64,000 bases of DNA from Lachnospiraceae bacterium (GCA_045640525.1 JAZUFE010000007.1:1008-65007), one strand, 5' to 3'. Counted from the first letter of the stretch, positions 35,115-45,080 are shown. Made by a program: numbers and translations. Notes: a model not told the origin generated them from the letters alone.

Positions 35115-36545
35115 TTAAGCAGTGAAATCAACTGTATTTCCGTTAGCTTCCATCATTTCGGCTGCTAACTTTTCTTCCTCGGTAGCTTCGTCTGCAAACA
35201 GCGCGTCAAGTTCATTAAGATTAATTCTTCTTGTTCTTCTTTCACTGCTGTTTCTTGACTGTGCTTCCGAATCATGTCCCTTTCCCTGCCACAGGTTCGA
35301 ATCAAAACTCTGAAGTTCTACCGAAACCTCTATCTGGGTAACTCTGGTTCCCGATGCTTTAAAGGTTTCTCTTAAATCATTCAGTTGGGATTCTACCGCT
35401 GCTTTCACAAGTTCGTTCTGAACTTTAAATTCGGCTGTGACTTCTCCTGCTTTATTGGCGGTAAGATTCACCTTAACGCTTCCTAAGCTTGACGGGTGAA
35501 GCTGCATTTCGATTTCTTCGGTCTCGGGTTTTAAATCGATTTTCATTCGATCCATAATCTGATTCATTATGTCCTGAGTTTGTTCCGAAACAAATCTCAT
35601 CGGTGCTTCGGGGGAAGTTGTTTCACTTACTTCATTTACTAAGTTGTTTAAAACCGGATTCTTGATTCCCATCTCCGGTCTCGAATCAAGTTGAGATTCA
35701 TGATGATTGTCATCTTTCGATTTGTTCTCACCTAAATCCGAATCCTGATTCTTGGTTTCATAACCATCAGCCTTAGTATTATTGTCTACGGTAACTGTTT
35801 TGATTTCATTTCCGTTCTTATCTATCTCAACGGTTCTGTCTTCAACCTGCACCGTAAATCTTGGAGCCTCTTTAATCGTATCGGTATCTGAGTCAGCCTC
35901 GACACTCATTTCCGTTTCGAAATTACCTGTTTGAACCTCGGCAAGTTCAATCAGTTCTTTGGCATTCGAAACTTCGATGTCCATATCTTGAGCCAAATCC
36001 GCTGTAGTGGCGTCCACTATAGCTGTCAGATTCGTAATTGCATCAAAGAGATTTTCATTGGTAACTAAGGCAATCGGTTCGGTTTCATCGCTAAGTTCCA
36101 AAACCAATTGATTAAGGTTTGACGGTTCTAAGAGAGATATTACCGAAAGTCCAAGGATTTCCATGGCTTCCTCAACATCCTCAACCGATACTTCCATTTC
36201 ATCCGCTACGGCTTCCATTATCTTTTCGCCTGCTTCCTCAATTTGGGAAAGCTCTTCGTCACTGAGTTTGACCTCTTCTTCAACCGCTTGGTCGGTTTCC
36301 TTCGGTTTTTGAATCGAGTTCGTCTCGGGACGTTCGGCGAATTTTTCTTTAGCCGTCTCGTCGGTTTTGGGCATCTTAGCATTGACCTTATCATTGCTCG
36401 TTTGAGTTTGACCTTCGCTTGCTTTCATCATTGCGTTTCCAAAATCCGGTGTTGTCTGAAAACCTTTGGTTTTTCCTGCCGACTGACCGGTGGAATTAAC
36501 GTAGTTCATCAAGCCGCCCAGGTCTTTGACTGATGTACTGGTCAT
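35115..36545 (-). CDS. fliK: Flagellar hook-length control protein FliK
   Basis: C-terminal Flg_hook-type segment EIEMQLHPSSLGSVKVNLTANKAGEVTAEFKVQN. The rest is acidic and low-complexity. The likely start is MTSTSVKD at 36545, preceded by AAGGAGG with a 7-nt spacer; the ORF track extends to 36566. Confidence 0.85.
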   Translation of the reverse strand: MTSTSVKDLGGLMNYVNSTGQSAGKTKGFQTTPDFGNAMMKASEGQTQTSNDKVNAKMPKTDETAKEKFAERPETNSIQKPKETDQAVEEEVKLSDEELSQIEEAGEKIMEAVADEMEVSVEDVEEAMEILGLSVISLLEPSNLNQLVLELSDETEPIALVTNENLFDAITNLTAIVDATTADLAQDMDIEVSNAKELIELAEVQTGNFETEMSVEADSDTDTIKEAPRFTVQVEDRTVEIDKNGNEIKTVTVDNNTKADGYETKNQDSDLGENKSKDDNHHESQLDSRPEMGIKNPVLNNLVNEVSETTSPEAPMRFVSEQTQDIMNQIMDRMKIDLKPETEEIEMQLHPSSLGSVKVNLTANKAGEVTAEFKVQNELVKAAVESQLNDLRETFKASGTRVTQIEVSVELQSFDSNLWQGKGHDSEAQSRNSSERRTRRINLNELDALFADEATEEEKLAAEMMEANGNTVDFTA

Positions 36546-36608
36546 TGCTTTCCTCCTTATATTCATATTTCAAGGTACATAGTTTATATCGGATGAATAA
36601 TCGAAAAC

Positions 36609-37487
36609 TTAAGAGTCGGGATCCATAATTTTAGTGATTTTGGCCGCGATTTCTTCATCCATGGCTCCAAGAATTGATCCTCTGTCCGCAGGCTCCATTA
36701 CGGAGAGAATTCTGGCAACCAAATCAAGGTTATCCGTCATTTTTTCGAATATGGCCGCTGCCTGTTTAGGCTTCATAGCCGAATATGCCTGAGCATAATC
36801 CTTGATTTCCTGAGTTTCCTCGTTTTGTATAACTACCTGTTTATAAAGATATTCTGCTGTCGCAGGATCCATGTTCTCGTAATACTTTTGGTACTCTTCA
36901 ATTCCCGGTCCCTTGTCGGCATATACAACTTCTTCGTAAAATTCGGTCTTAATTCTTTGGAATTCAACCTGAGCATCTTCAAACGTTTTAAGTCGCTCTA
37001 TTTCGGCTTTCATTGCCGAAATGTCATCCGTATTGGTAGAATCATTGGCCTTGGCTCTTTCAAGTTCAAGTTCAAGCTCTTTGATATAATCTACCGCTTC
37101 CTTAAGATTGGTATATCCGCCGTAGCTTTCATCCTCACCATCCGTCACTATGGTATCTGCGCCCTCCGGCAAGATGAGATTCAAAACCGGAACATCCTTC
37201 AGAATCGGAGTAAGCACGTTACTTCCGAATCCTCCAAGGTCAAGCTTGATAACCAAACAAAGTATGGCTATCCAAATCAATACAATAACAAATGTTACCA
37301 TAAAGACCGAGCCGCCGCCTTGTTCCTCTTCTTCATAAAGGTCAGCTTCCTGTGAGGCTATTTCTTTTGCTCTTTTCTTAGCTTCCTTCTTCTGCTCTTT
37401 TTGCTCTTTTTGAAGTTGTTTCTTTTCTTCCTTCAGGCGGGCATGTTCTGCTTTAGCCTGTTCGGGAGTCATTCCCTCTTCTGCCAT
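36609..37487 (-). CDS. YlxF/FlbB-like flagellar protein with an MgtE-N-like C-terminal domain
   Basis: 292 aa. Lys/Glu-rich N-terminus, one TM segment (FMVTFVIVLIWIAILCLVI), and C-terminal AYSAMKPKQAAAIFEKM...ILSVMEPADRGSILGAMD resembling the MgtE intracellular N domain. It sits between fliJ and fliK as ylxF does in Bacillus. Confidence 0.65.
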   Translation of the reverse strand: MAEEGMTPEQAKAEHARLKEEKKQLQKEQKEQKKEAKKRAKEIASQEADLYEEEEQGGGSVFMVTFVIVLIWIAILCLVIKLDLGGFGSNVLTPILKDVPVLNLILPEGADTIVTDGEDESYGGYTNLKEAVDYIKELELELERAKANDSTNTDDISAMKAEIERLKTFEDAQVEFQRIKTEFYEEVVYADKGPGIEEYQKYYENMDPATAEYLYKQVVIQNEETQEIKDYAQAYSAMKPKQAAAIFEKMTDNLDLVARILSVMEPADRGSILGAMDEEIAAKITKIMDPDS

Positions 37488-37937
37488 TTATCGTTCTATC
37501 CTCTGTCCGTATGTATAGCTGGTCAGTTCATCCACTTCTTTGGCTTCCTGACGATTCAGTTCCTTCTTGAATTCTTCAAAAGCCTTTTCTTTTAACTTAT
37601 TTTGTATCTTTGTCTCCTGCATGGCCTTGGTCAGGTTATCCCTGGCCTTATCCAAAACCTTTTGAGCCTTGGCAACCTGCTCTTCTTGCGCCTGTATGTA
37701 TTCATCCATTCTCTCAAGCGCGTATTTGTTCTCGTTTATTTTTTGAAAATCCAAGGTGGAATTGAGCAGCTTCTTTCGCTCATCTTCATACCCTTCCTTG
37801 CGCCTTTTTAAAGCATCCAACTTATCAGTTTCTTCGTTAAGCTTCATCTGGGCTGCGGCGAATTCGTTCTTGGCCTGGGTTTCAAGCTTTTCTTTAATGT
37901 TCAGAACGCTCTGCATTCGATACTTAAATTTGGCCAT
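37488..37937 (-). CDS. fliJ: Flagellar export chaperone FliJ
   Basis: 149 aa coiled-coil protein, MAKFKYRMQSVLNIKEKLE.... It lies directly after fliI. Confidence 0.85.
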   Translation of the reverse strand: MAKFKYRMQSVLNIKEKLETQAKNEFAAAQMKLNEETDKLDALKRRKEGYEDERKKLLNSTLDFQKINENKYALERMDEYIQAQEEQVAKAQKVLDKARDNLTKAMQETKIQNKLKEKAFEEFKKELNRQEAKEVDELTSYTYGQRIER

Positions 37938-39247
37938 TATTCAAACAATCCTTCCAGCAGTCCGAGGGTATCTTCAAGCGAGTACTTGTCTTCCGTGCTC
38001 TGCATCAAAAAATCGTTAACCGCATTAATCTTCTGAATTGCATAATCGATATTCGGATTTGACCCCGATTTGTATGCACCTATATTAATTAAGTCTTCGG
38101 CTTCCGCATATGTAGCCAGCACATTTTTCAATCTGCCTGCGGCCGCCTTATGGTCCTTTTCGCAAATTTGTGACATGCAACGACTTATGCTTTGCAGAAC
38201 ATCTATCGCAGGATAATGATTCTTATGGGCAAGCCGTCTGTCCAGCATAATATGTCCGTCCAAAATCGAACGTGCCGTATCTGTTATCGGCTCATTGAAA
38301 TCATCGCCATCCACAAGTACCGTATACAGTCCCGTAATCGAACCTCGGTCGGAACACCCTGCACGTTCCAGCAATTTAGGTAATTCCGAATAAACCGAAG
38401 GCGGGTATCCTCTCGATACCGGAGGTTCTCCCGATGCCAGTCCAATCTCTCTTTGTGCCATGCAGAATCGAGTCATGGAATCCATCATCAAAAGAACATC
38501 TTTACCTTGATCTCTGAAATACTCAGCTATGGCAGTTGCTGTTTGAGCCGCTCTTTTTCTTTCAAGAGCAGGTTTGTCCGAAGTCGCCACAACAACAACC
38601 GACCTCTTCATTCCTTCGGGGCCCAAATCTCTTTCTATAAACTCGCGCACCTCACGGCCACGTTCTCCGATAAGTGCTATAACGTTAATATCCGCTTTGG
38701 TATTTCTTGCAAACATTCCCATCAGCGTGGACTTTCCGACTCCGGATCCGGCAAAGATACCGATTCTTTGTCCCTTTCCTATGGTTATAAGTCCGTCAAC
38801 CGCCTTAACGCCAAGCGGAAGAACATCTGCAATAATCTTTCGCGTCATAGGGTCAGGTGCTCCGGCTTCGATAGGATAGTCAACGCCATTGTATATTTCA
38901 CCGCAATTAGGGCGTCCCAAACCATCCAGGGTCATCCCGAGCAAATCTTCGGACACTTTGACATTCAATGTATGTCCACTGTTTTCAACACTGCTTCCGG
39001 GACCTATGCCCTCAACGCTGTCATAAGGCATAAGAAGATTCATTCCCTCTTTAAAACCGACGATTTCAGCCATCGACGGCTTGCACTCATCCGCTGATGA
39101 AGAAGGATAAATATAGCAGACATCGCCAAGCTTAGCCTGCGGTCCTGCCGATTCAATGGTAAGTCCTACAGCATTAACCACTTTTCCTCTTACTTTAAAC
39201 AGCTTTTCGCCGTATATACTGTTGTACTTACTAAAATCTATATTCAT
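37937..39247 (-). CDS. fliI: Flagellum-specific ATPase FliI
   Basis: 436 aa. Walker A GSGVGKSTLMGM, Walker B VLLMMDSMTR, and F1-ATPase-like architecture. Confidence 0.96.
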   Translation of the reverse strand: MNIDFSKYNSIYGEKLFKVRGKVVNAVGLTIESAGPQAKLGDVCYIYPSSSADECKPSMAEIVGFKEGMNLLMPYDSVEGIGPGSSVENSGHTLNVKVSEDLLGMTLDGLGRPNCGEIYNGVDYPIEAGAPDPMTRKIIADVLPLGVKAVDGLITIGKGQRIGIFAGSGVGKSTLMGMFARNTKADINVIALIGERGREVREFIERDLGPEGMKRSVVVVATSDKPALERKRAAQTATAIAEYFRDQGKDVLLMMDSMTRFCMAQREIGLASGEPPVSRGYPPSVYSELPKLLERAGCSDRGSITGLYTVLVDGDDFNEPITDTARSILDGHIMLDRRLAHKNHYPAIDVLQSISRCMSQICEKDHKAAAGRLKNVLATYAEAEDLINIGAYKSGSNPNIDYAIQKINAVNDFLMQSTEDKYSLEDTLGLLEGLFE

Positions 39248-39248
39248 A

Positions 39249-40106
39249 TCAGTCTTTTCGATAAGCCAAAATCATAAGCTTGCGCTTAAGTTCCCTAAGC
39301 TCCGTAGCAAGTGAGCAATCATATACTCCGTTCACCGTTTCGATTATTCCTCCGCCCTGCGCCAAAGAAGCATCCTGAATGAACTCTATATTGTCTTCCA
39401 ATATTCCGGTTTCCGACAATATGTCTTCTTTTTGCTCCAAAATATCGGAATAATCATCCTTGGAAACATGAACGATAATATTTTTGTTGGCATCGGAGCC
39501 GTTAATAGCTTCGGTGACCAAGTGAAAAACAATATTACGGTAAGCATCAAGATCCACTTTAAATATATGCTCGTATATATCGGTCAGAGTATCCACGAAG
39601 TTAGGTTCAAGTTCCTCTACCATGGAAGCATACTCTTCTTCAAGGGCAGTCTTTTCTTGGGCAAGATCTGCCTTAATTGAATCAACCTCTGCCATTCCGA
39701 CTTCATAGCCTTCATTGTAGCCTTGTGCTTTGCCATCTTCAAAAGCCTGACTTTTAATATTCTGTGCCTCGTTTTCGGCTTCTTCCAAAATCTGAGCCGC
39801 TTCCGCTTTGATTGACTCAAGCTCATCTCTGGCTGCCTGAAGCTGATTCATTGCCTCTTCCAGTTCATTGTTGGTATTAGATTTAATAACAGCCGTTTGG
39901 GCATCCTCGTCCACAAGAGCATCAATATTTTCAAAGGGTAACCCTTCTGTGAAATCATCCTCTGTATCAAGAGGCTCCTGTTCGGCTACAAGCCTGGCAC
40001 GTCGCTCCTCTTCTTCCTTAACCTTGAGTTCTACAAGATTATTGGAATCAACCATTCTGGCATCGTCCCCAACCGACACCCAGTAACCCTTCAATATATT
40101 AGACAA
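39249..40106 (-). CDS. fliH: Flagellar assembly protein FliH
   Basis: 285 aa. An acidic coiled-coil centre and a C-terminal FliH-like domain. It lies between fliG and fliI. The apparent start is TTG at 40106, preceded by GGAGGTG with a 9-nt spacer, and it overlaps the fliG stop by 8 nt. Confidence 0.8.
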   Translation of the reverse strand: MSNILKGYWVSVGDDARMVDSNNLVELKVKEEEERRARLVAEQEPLDTEDDFTEGLPFENIDALVDEDAQTAVIKSNTNNELEEAMNQLQAARDELESIKAEAAQILEEAENEAQNIKSQAFEDGKAQGYNEGYEVGMAEVDSIKADLAQEKTALEEEYASMVEELEPNFVDTLTDIYEHIFKVDLDAYRNIVFHLVTEAINGSDANKNIIVHVSKDDYSDILEQKEDILSETGILEDNIEFIQDASLAQGGGIIETVNGVYDCSLATELRELKRKLMILAYRKD

Positions 40107-41118
40107 TTATCTCGTCACCTCCGCCTCTTGAAATAACAATTTCTCCGGCATCCTCAAGCTTACGGATAACTGCAACTATCTTCTGCTGAGCTTCTTCAAC
40201 ATCCTTCATTCTGACAGGTCCCATGAATTCCATGTCTTCCTTAATCATCGTTGCCAAACGCTTTGACAGGTTGTTAAAGATTGTCGTCTGTACCTGCTCA
40301 TTGGAACCCTTAAGGGCAATTGCAAGGTCATTGTTTTCAATATCACGAAGCACTCTTTGAATTGCTCTGTCATCAAGCAACAGAATATCTTCGAATACGA
40401 ACATCTTCTTACGGATTTCATCTGCAAGCTCGGGCTCTTCGATTTCCAATGTTTCCATGATATGCTTTTCGGTTCCTCGGTCTACCGTATTCAAAATTTC
40501 AACAACGGCATCGACACCACCGATAATCGTGTAATCCTGATTAACGAGTGAAGCAAGTTTAGATTCAAGCACCTTTTCAACTTCCTTAATAACATCCGGC
40601 GACGTTCTGTCCATAACCGCAATTCTCTTGGCAACATCTGCCTGTCTGTCAGGAGGCAGAGCCGATACAATCTGTGCTGCCTGAGAAGCCGGCAGATATG
40701 ACAATATAAGGGCAATCGTCTGAGGATGTTCGTCCTGAATAAAGTTAAACAGCTGTGAAGCATCTGTTTTTCTGACAAATTCGAACGGCTTAACCTGCAA
40801 GGATGCCGTAAGTTTACTGATAACATCCATTGCCTTGTCGTTACCGAAGGATTTTTCAAGCAGGTCTCTGGCGTAGTTGATACCGCCTTCCGCAATGTAC
40901 TGCTGTGCAAGACATATCTGATAGAATTCCTCGATTACCGTTTCCTTTATCTGAGGTGTGATTGACCTTGTGTTGGCTATCTCCAAAGTCAGTTCTTCAA
41001 TTTCTTCTTCCTTAAGATGTTTGAATATTGTGGCTGATCGCTCAGGTCCCAGTGCAATCAGCAGTACTGCTGCCTTTTGCAAGCCACTCAAAGCTTCTTC
41101 CATACCAGACTTGGCCAT
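40099..41118 (-). CDS. fliG: Flagellar motor switch protein FliG
   Basis: 339 aa. N-terminal LSGLQKAAVLLIALGPERSATIFKHL and a C-terminal torque-helix region ALKGSNEQVQTTIFNNLSKRLATMIKEDME. Confidence 0.95.
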   Translation of the reverse strand: MAKSGMEEALSGLQKAAVLLIALGPERSATIFKHLKEEEIEELTLEIANTRSITPQIKETVIEEFYQICLAQQYIAEGGINYARDLLEKSFGNDKAMDVISKLTASLQVKPFEFVRKTDASQLFNFIQDEHPQTIALILSYLPASQAAQIVSALPPDRQADVAKRIAVMDRTSPDVIKEVEKVLESKLASLVNQDYTIIGGVDAVVEILNTVDRGTEKHIMETLEIEEPELADEIRKKMFVFEDILLLDDRAIQRVLRDIENNDLAIALKGSNEQVQTTIFNNLSKRLATMIKEDMEFMGPVRMKDVEEAQQKIVAVIRKLEDAGEIVISRGGGDEIIV

Positions 41119-41121
41119 TAT

Positions 41122-42723
41122 TTACCCCCACTCCTCTGTCAGCCAGTTACGTAACAGATTGGCTGCTGCTTCCGGATTTTCATCAACAAATTTTTCTACC
41201 ATGCGGCGAGTCTCGGAAATCTGTTCGGTAGAAATATTCTCAAGATCCGATTCAGGCTGCGACTGAAGCAGTGTTTCCACCGTAAGTTCTTCGGGCTCTT
41301 CCGGTTCCTTCTCGGTCTTCATGCTTCTTAATACTACGAACAAAAGCAATCCCAAAATCACGACTATAAGCACAATAGTCATAACATCCGTTGCTGTAAT
41401 TCCGAGACCTTCCTTGTCTATGAACATATTCTCGGAATATGCAACTATCGAAATGTTGGCTGCGCTAAATCCCGTAGCTTTGGCAACCATGTCATATATA
41501 CTGTCATCTACTTCCTGCACCGTACGTGCCTGATTGGCAAGTTTATACTCTTCCCAGGTGATGCCGTCCAAAAGGCCCTGCGCTTCCGTATCTTCTTCTC
41601 TGACAACAACCACCTTGGTCAGAGCCAGTGATATTGATGAGTTAGCGTAATTAATTCCTCCTGCAGGAGTCGACTTATCCGTTATTCTTTCAGAAGGCAG
41701 ATAGTTCTTCTCAACTTCCTCCACCGTTGACGATGACTGTTGATTATCCTGCCATACGTATTCCGTATCACCGTTGGAATCGGTTCCCGGAACATCCTCA
41801 TTACCGTTGGTGGATTCAGAGTTATAAGTACGCTCGGAAGAAAGATATCCTTGAGACTGTCCGTCATCAACATAATATTGGTGGTCGGTTTCCGAATATG
41901 TGCTGAAGTCCACATCCAAATTAACTGCCACTTCCGCCTTACTGTATTCGCCCGTTCCCAAAACAACCTGACGAACTTCCGACTTAACCACATTTTCAAA
42001 TTGCGACTTAACCGAAAGCTGTGTACTTGCCGTTCCCGAAACACTGTACGTGTCCGCACCCGAGAACAACGTATTACCCTCGGTATCCATAATTACTATG
42101 TTTTCATCCGACTTATTGCCTATGGCAACCGCTACGGCATGCGCAAGTCCCGCTGCCTGATCGGGAACCAGTTCATTACCGTCCAAGTCTACCAAAACCC
42201 ATGCCGAAGAATCCTCTTCTTTAGCAATCAAAGTACCGTCGTTTTCAGGTATATACAAGTCCACTACCGCGCTCTTAACGAAATTGAATTTACCGATAAT
42301 ATCCTGTGCAAGTCTGTTTTCAAGGTAAACCTCGTACTTCTTTTGCTTATCCGATTCTGTTGTGGCAAATCCGCCATCGGTAACGTTACTGATGGTATAT
42401 GCACTTGACTGTATATCGTTGGCTCCCAAAAGAAGATTAGCTTCAGATTGCTGATCTTTATTGATTTTGATCTGATAGCCGTCATCGGAAACCTGGAAAT
42501 CAAGTCCCTCTCCTTCCAAAAGCTCAGATACCTCCGAAGCCTCCTTGGTCGTATCGCAGTTAAGAAGAACAATGTATTGCGGCTGGCTTAAAACCGTGAT
42601 TACTATTGCAAGCGCAAGAATCACACCCGCCGCGGCTGCGATTATGTATGTTTTTTGTTTAGTTGTGAATTTGTTCCACCAATCAAGAACCTTCTGAAGA
42701 AGTTCTTTGAGTTTCTCAGGCAT
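41122..42723 (-). CDS. fliF: Flagellar MS-ring protein FliF
   Basis: 533 aa. N-terminal TM segment, a large periplasmic region, a second TM segment (IVLIVVILGLLLFVVL), and a C-terminal FliG-binding tail AANLLRNWLTEE. Confidence 0.93.
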   Translation of the reverse strand: MPEKLKELLQKVLDWWNKFTTKQKTYIIAAAAGVILALAIVITVLSQPQYIVLLNCDTTKEASEVSELLEGEGLDFQVSDDGYQIKINKDQQSEANLLLGANDIQSSAYTISNVTDGGFATTESDKQKKYEVYLENRLAQDIIGKFNFVKSAVVDLYIPENDGTLIAKEEDSSAWVLVDLDGNELVPDQAAGLAHAVAVAIGNKSDENIVIMDTEGNTLFSGADTYSVSGTASTQLSVKSQFENVVKSEVRQVVLGTGEYSKAEVAVNLDVDFSTYSETDHQYYVDDGQSQGYLSSERTYNSESTNGNEDVPGTDSNGDTEYVWQDNQQSSSTVEEVEKNYLPSERITDKSTPAGGINYANSSISLALTKVVVVREEDTEAQGLLDGITWEEYKLANQARTVQEVDDSIYDMVAKATGFSAANISIVAYSENMFIDKEGLGITATDVMTIVLIVVILGLLLFVVLRSMKTEKEPEEPEELTVETLLQSQPESDLENISTEQISETRRMVEKFVDENPEAAANLLRNWLTEEWG

Positions 42724-42763
42724 TTTCCTAACCCCTTACCGCAGAATAAAAATATAAGCGCAC

Positions 42764-43078
42764 TTATATCTGCATCTGCATTATTTCTCTATAAGCTTCC
42801 AAAACCTTATCACGTACGGCAACCGTATACTGCAAAGAAGTCTGCGCCTTTTGGAGAGCAATCGTCAATTCATGAGTATTGTCTGTCTCACCCAGTGCCC
42901 ACTTCAATTCTTCGTTCTCGGCATCCGACAAATACGAATTGGTAAGGCTCAAATTTTCAACAGCCTTATCAAATAAACTGGCAAACTCACCCGTAGATTC
43001 AATGTTGGCAATGGATGAATTATCTGCCGCATTCTGTATTGCTTTGGAAGAAATATTATAAAATGTTGAAATATCCAT
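42764..43078 (-). CDS. fliE: Flagellar hook-basal body protein FliE
   Basis: 104 aa. C-terminal LQYTVAVRDKVLEAYREIMQMQI is typical of FliE. Confidence 0.9.
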   Translation of the reverse strand: MDISTFYNISSKAIQNAADNSSIANIESTGEFASLFDKAVENLSLTNSYLSDAENEELKWALGETDNTHELTIALQKAQTSLQYTVAVRDKVLEAYREIMQMQI

Positions 43079-43088
43079 CTAATTCTCC

Positions 43089-43538
43089 TTAGCTGTTAGT
43101 CATGTTAAGTCCCGTTGTTGCAATTGACTTTGATGTATTAAATGCTGTTGCGTTAGCCTCATAGGTACGTGAAGCATCTATAAGGTTGGTCATCTCGGTT
43201 ACAATATTGACATTCGGATACGTAACATAACCGTTCTCGTCAGCATCCGGATGTGACGGGTCATAAACCATATTCATCTGAGTCCATGTATCTTCCGTTA
43301 CTTTTGATACCTTAACTCCCTGTCCCGTGTACTGTTCTGTAGCTCTTCCCAAATACGAATGAAAGCTTGCGGGAGTGGCATTCTTCTCCTGAAAAGTTAC
43401 AACCTTACGTCTGTACGGAGTTCCGTCAGCCGTACGTGTTGTATTAACATTGGCAACATTCTCGGCAATAACATCCATTCGATATCTTTCGGCTGTCATG
43501 CCCGATGCATTGATATTAAACGAATTAAATATACTCAT
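43089..43538 (-). CDS. flgC: Flagellar basal-body rod protein FlgC
   Basis: 149 aa. Motif SGMTAERYRMDVIAENVANVNTTRT and a C-terminal rod-family motif. Confidence 0.95.
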   Translation of the reverse strand: MSIFNSFNINASGMTAERYRMDVIAENVANVNTTRTADGTPYRRKVVTFQEKNATPASFHSYLGRATEQYTGQGVKVSKVTEDTWTQMNMVYDPSHPDADENGYVTYPNVNIVTEMTNLIDASRTYEANATAFNTSKSIATTGLNMTNS

Positions 43539-43550
43539 ATGCTATCCCCC

Positions 43551-43940
43551 TTACTTCATTACCATCTGGAGATTTGAAAACTCCTGATTCACGCTCTGTA
43601 TCAAACCCTGATATTTAATCTGATTGGACGCAAGTTCAACACCTTCCGTATCGATATCCACATTGTTTCCGTCAAGTCGATAAGAAAAGTTCGACGCATC
43701 CGTATAAACTCTTGGTTTAAGCTCGGTAGACGTCAGGTGTGATACTTTGGCATCAACCGATTTATACCTGAAGTTTCCGAGTGCTCTGCTTAGTTGCTGT
43801 TCAAAATCAATATCCTGGCGCTTATACCCGGGAGTATTGACGTTGGCCATATTGTTGGCCAATACATCATTTCTTTGCCATGCTGCATCAGCAGTTTTGC
43901 CCAGCACGTTTATATAATCATAGACATTAGTATTAAACAT
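43551..43940 (-). CDS. flgB: Flagellar basal-body rod protein FlgB
   Basis: Motif LANNMANVNTPGYKRQD. The likely start is MFNTNVYD at 43940, preceded by GGAGGAAAA; the ORF track extends to 43970. Confidence 0.93.
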   Translation of the reverse strand: MFNTNVYDYINVLGKTADAAWQRNDVLANNMANVNTPGYKRQDIDFEQQLSRALGNFRYKSVDAKVSHLTSTELKPRVYTDASNFSYRLDGNNVDIDTEGVELASNQIKYQGLIQSVNQEFSNLQMVMK

Positions 43941-43978
43941 TTTTCCTCCATGTGGACATAATCCACCCACCCTACTTA

Positions 43979-44006
43979 ATTATATAGAAATTATTGAAAA
44001 AAACAA
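43979..44006 (-). promoter_or_regulatory. Candidate sigma-A promoter of the fla/che operon (TTGTTT-16 nt-TATAAT)
   Basis: The minus strand reads TTGTTT (44006-44001), a 16-nt spacer, then TATAAT (43984-43979), about 40 nt upstream of the flgB ATG. Confidence 0.4.
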
Positions 44007-44129
44007 GGAATTTTTTGGTCAAAACCACAGTATATTGTGGTAGGTTGCGTTGACATAATACCATATCTTGTCATTTCAAAGTCCCTGAAACGCCGATTTT
44101 TCAAGGGTTTGGTAAATATAGCTAGTATG

Positions 44130-44156
44130 ATATCGGTTACATAACCACTATATCTA
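44130..44156 (-). promoter_or_regulatory. Candidate sigma-28 (SigD)-type promoter (TAGA-15 nt-ACCGATAT)
   Basis: The minus strand reads cTAGA (44156-44153), a 15-nt spacer, then ACCGATAT (44137-44130). The Bacillus SigD consensus is TAAA-N15-GCCGATAT, so each element has one mismatch. It lies just downstream of the codY terminator. Confidence 0.3.
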
Positions 44157-44181
44157 GTGCAGTAAAAACCAAGAAATATAA

Positions 44182-44217
44182 AAAGGGACTTATGATCGGT
44201 ATGTCATAAATCCCTTT
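44182..44217 (-). terminator. Rho-independent terminator after codY
   Basis: The 14-bp arms AAAGGGACTTATGA (44182-44195) and TCATAAATCCCTTT (44204-44217) pair with one mismatch. On the minus strand TTTTTATAT follows. Confidence 0.6.
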
Positions 44218-44253
44218 AAACCTGTTATTCCTTTAGCACTATTGAATTCTCTA

Positions 44254-45036
44254 CTAGCTTCTTTCGACCTTAAGCTTGTTAATTTCGTCGAATACCATGT
44301 CATTGAGTACCTTGATATAGGTTCCTTTCATTCCGGAAGACCTGCTTTCAATGACACCTGCCGACTCAAACTTACGTAAGGCATTAACAATAACCGATCT
44401 TGTTATACCTACTCTATCGGCTATTTTCGACGCAACCAATATACCTTCGGTACCATTTAATTCCTCAAATATATGAATTACCGCTTCCATCTCCGAATAA
44501 GAAAGCGTATTGATTGCGGATTGAATAACCGCAAGCTTTCTTGTTTCTTCCGCAGATTCTTCATTGACGGCTCTTAGCATTTCAAGTCCGACTACGGTAG
44601 TTCCGTATTCACACAGAATAATATCATCTATTTCGTACTGCTGTGCCGATTTATAAATGAACAAAGTTCCCAATCTTTCACCGGCAATTTCAATCGGTGT
44701 TATTATTGCATGGAATTTGTTAACATCCTTCTCGTTAAATCCCAAAGTTTCAAGGTTAACATTCTCCTTGGTAGATAATACGGCAAGCAATCTTTCATTA
44801 AGCATGCTGTCTATAAAACCGCCCACGCGATCCACAATAAGCTCTGTTATCGAGTCTACCCCTTCGGCATCACCTACTCCGAGGACCTTACCTTTCTTCG
44901 AAATTACAAGAACATTTGAGTCCAAAATCTCACATAAAACCGAGCAAATGTCATTAAACACAACCTTGCTGGAGTTATTGTTATGCAGAAGTTTGCCAAT
45001 TTTTCGCGTCTTGTCCAAAAGTTGTACACTACTCAT
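44254..45036 (-). CDS. codY: GTP/BCAA-sensing global regulator CodY
   Basis: 260 aa from MSSVQLLDKTRKIGKLL (ATG at 45036, preceded by GGAGGT with a 7-nt spacer). GAF-like N-domain and C-terminal winged HTH ASKIADRVGITRSVIVNALRKFESAGVIESRS. The ORF track extension to 45168 overlaps topA and was rejected. Confidence 0.93.
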   Translation of the reverse strand: MSSVQLLDKTRKIGKLLHNNNSSKVVFNDICSVLCEILDSNVLVISKKGKVLGVGDAEGVDSITELIVDRVGGFIDSMLNERLLAVLSTKENVNLETLGFNEKDVNKFHAIITPIEIAGERLGTLFIYKSAQQYEIDDIILCEYGTTVVGLEMLRAVNEESAEETRKLAVIQSAINTLSYSEMEAVIHIFEELNGTEGILVASKIADRVGITRSVIVNALRKFESAGVIESRSSGMKGTYIKVLNDMVFDEINKLKVERS

Positions 45037-45040
45037 AAAA

Positions 45041-45071
45041 AATACCTCCATATGACCACTATGGAGGTATT
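45041..45071 (-). promoter_or_regulatory. Perfect 12-bp hairpin plus U-run between topA and codY; its 3' arm contains the codY RBS
   Basis: AATACCTCCATA (45041-45052) and TATGGAGGTATT (45060-45071) pair with a 7-nt loop. On the minus strand the 3' arm UAUGGAGGUAUU is followed by UUUU and then the codY AUG. Confidence 0.6.
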
Positions 45072-45080
45072 TTAACACAC

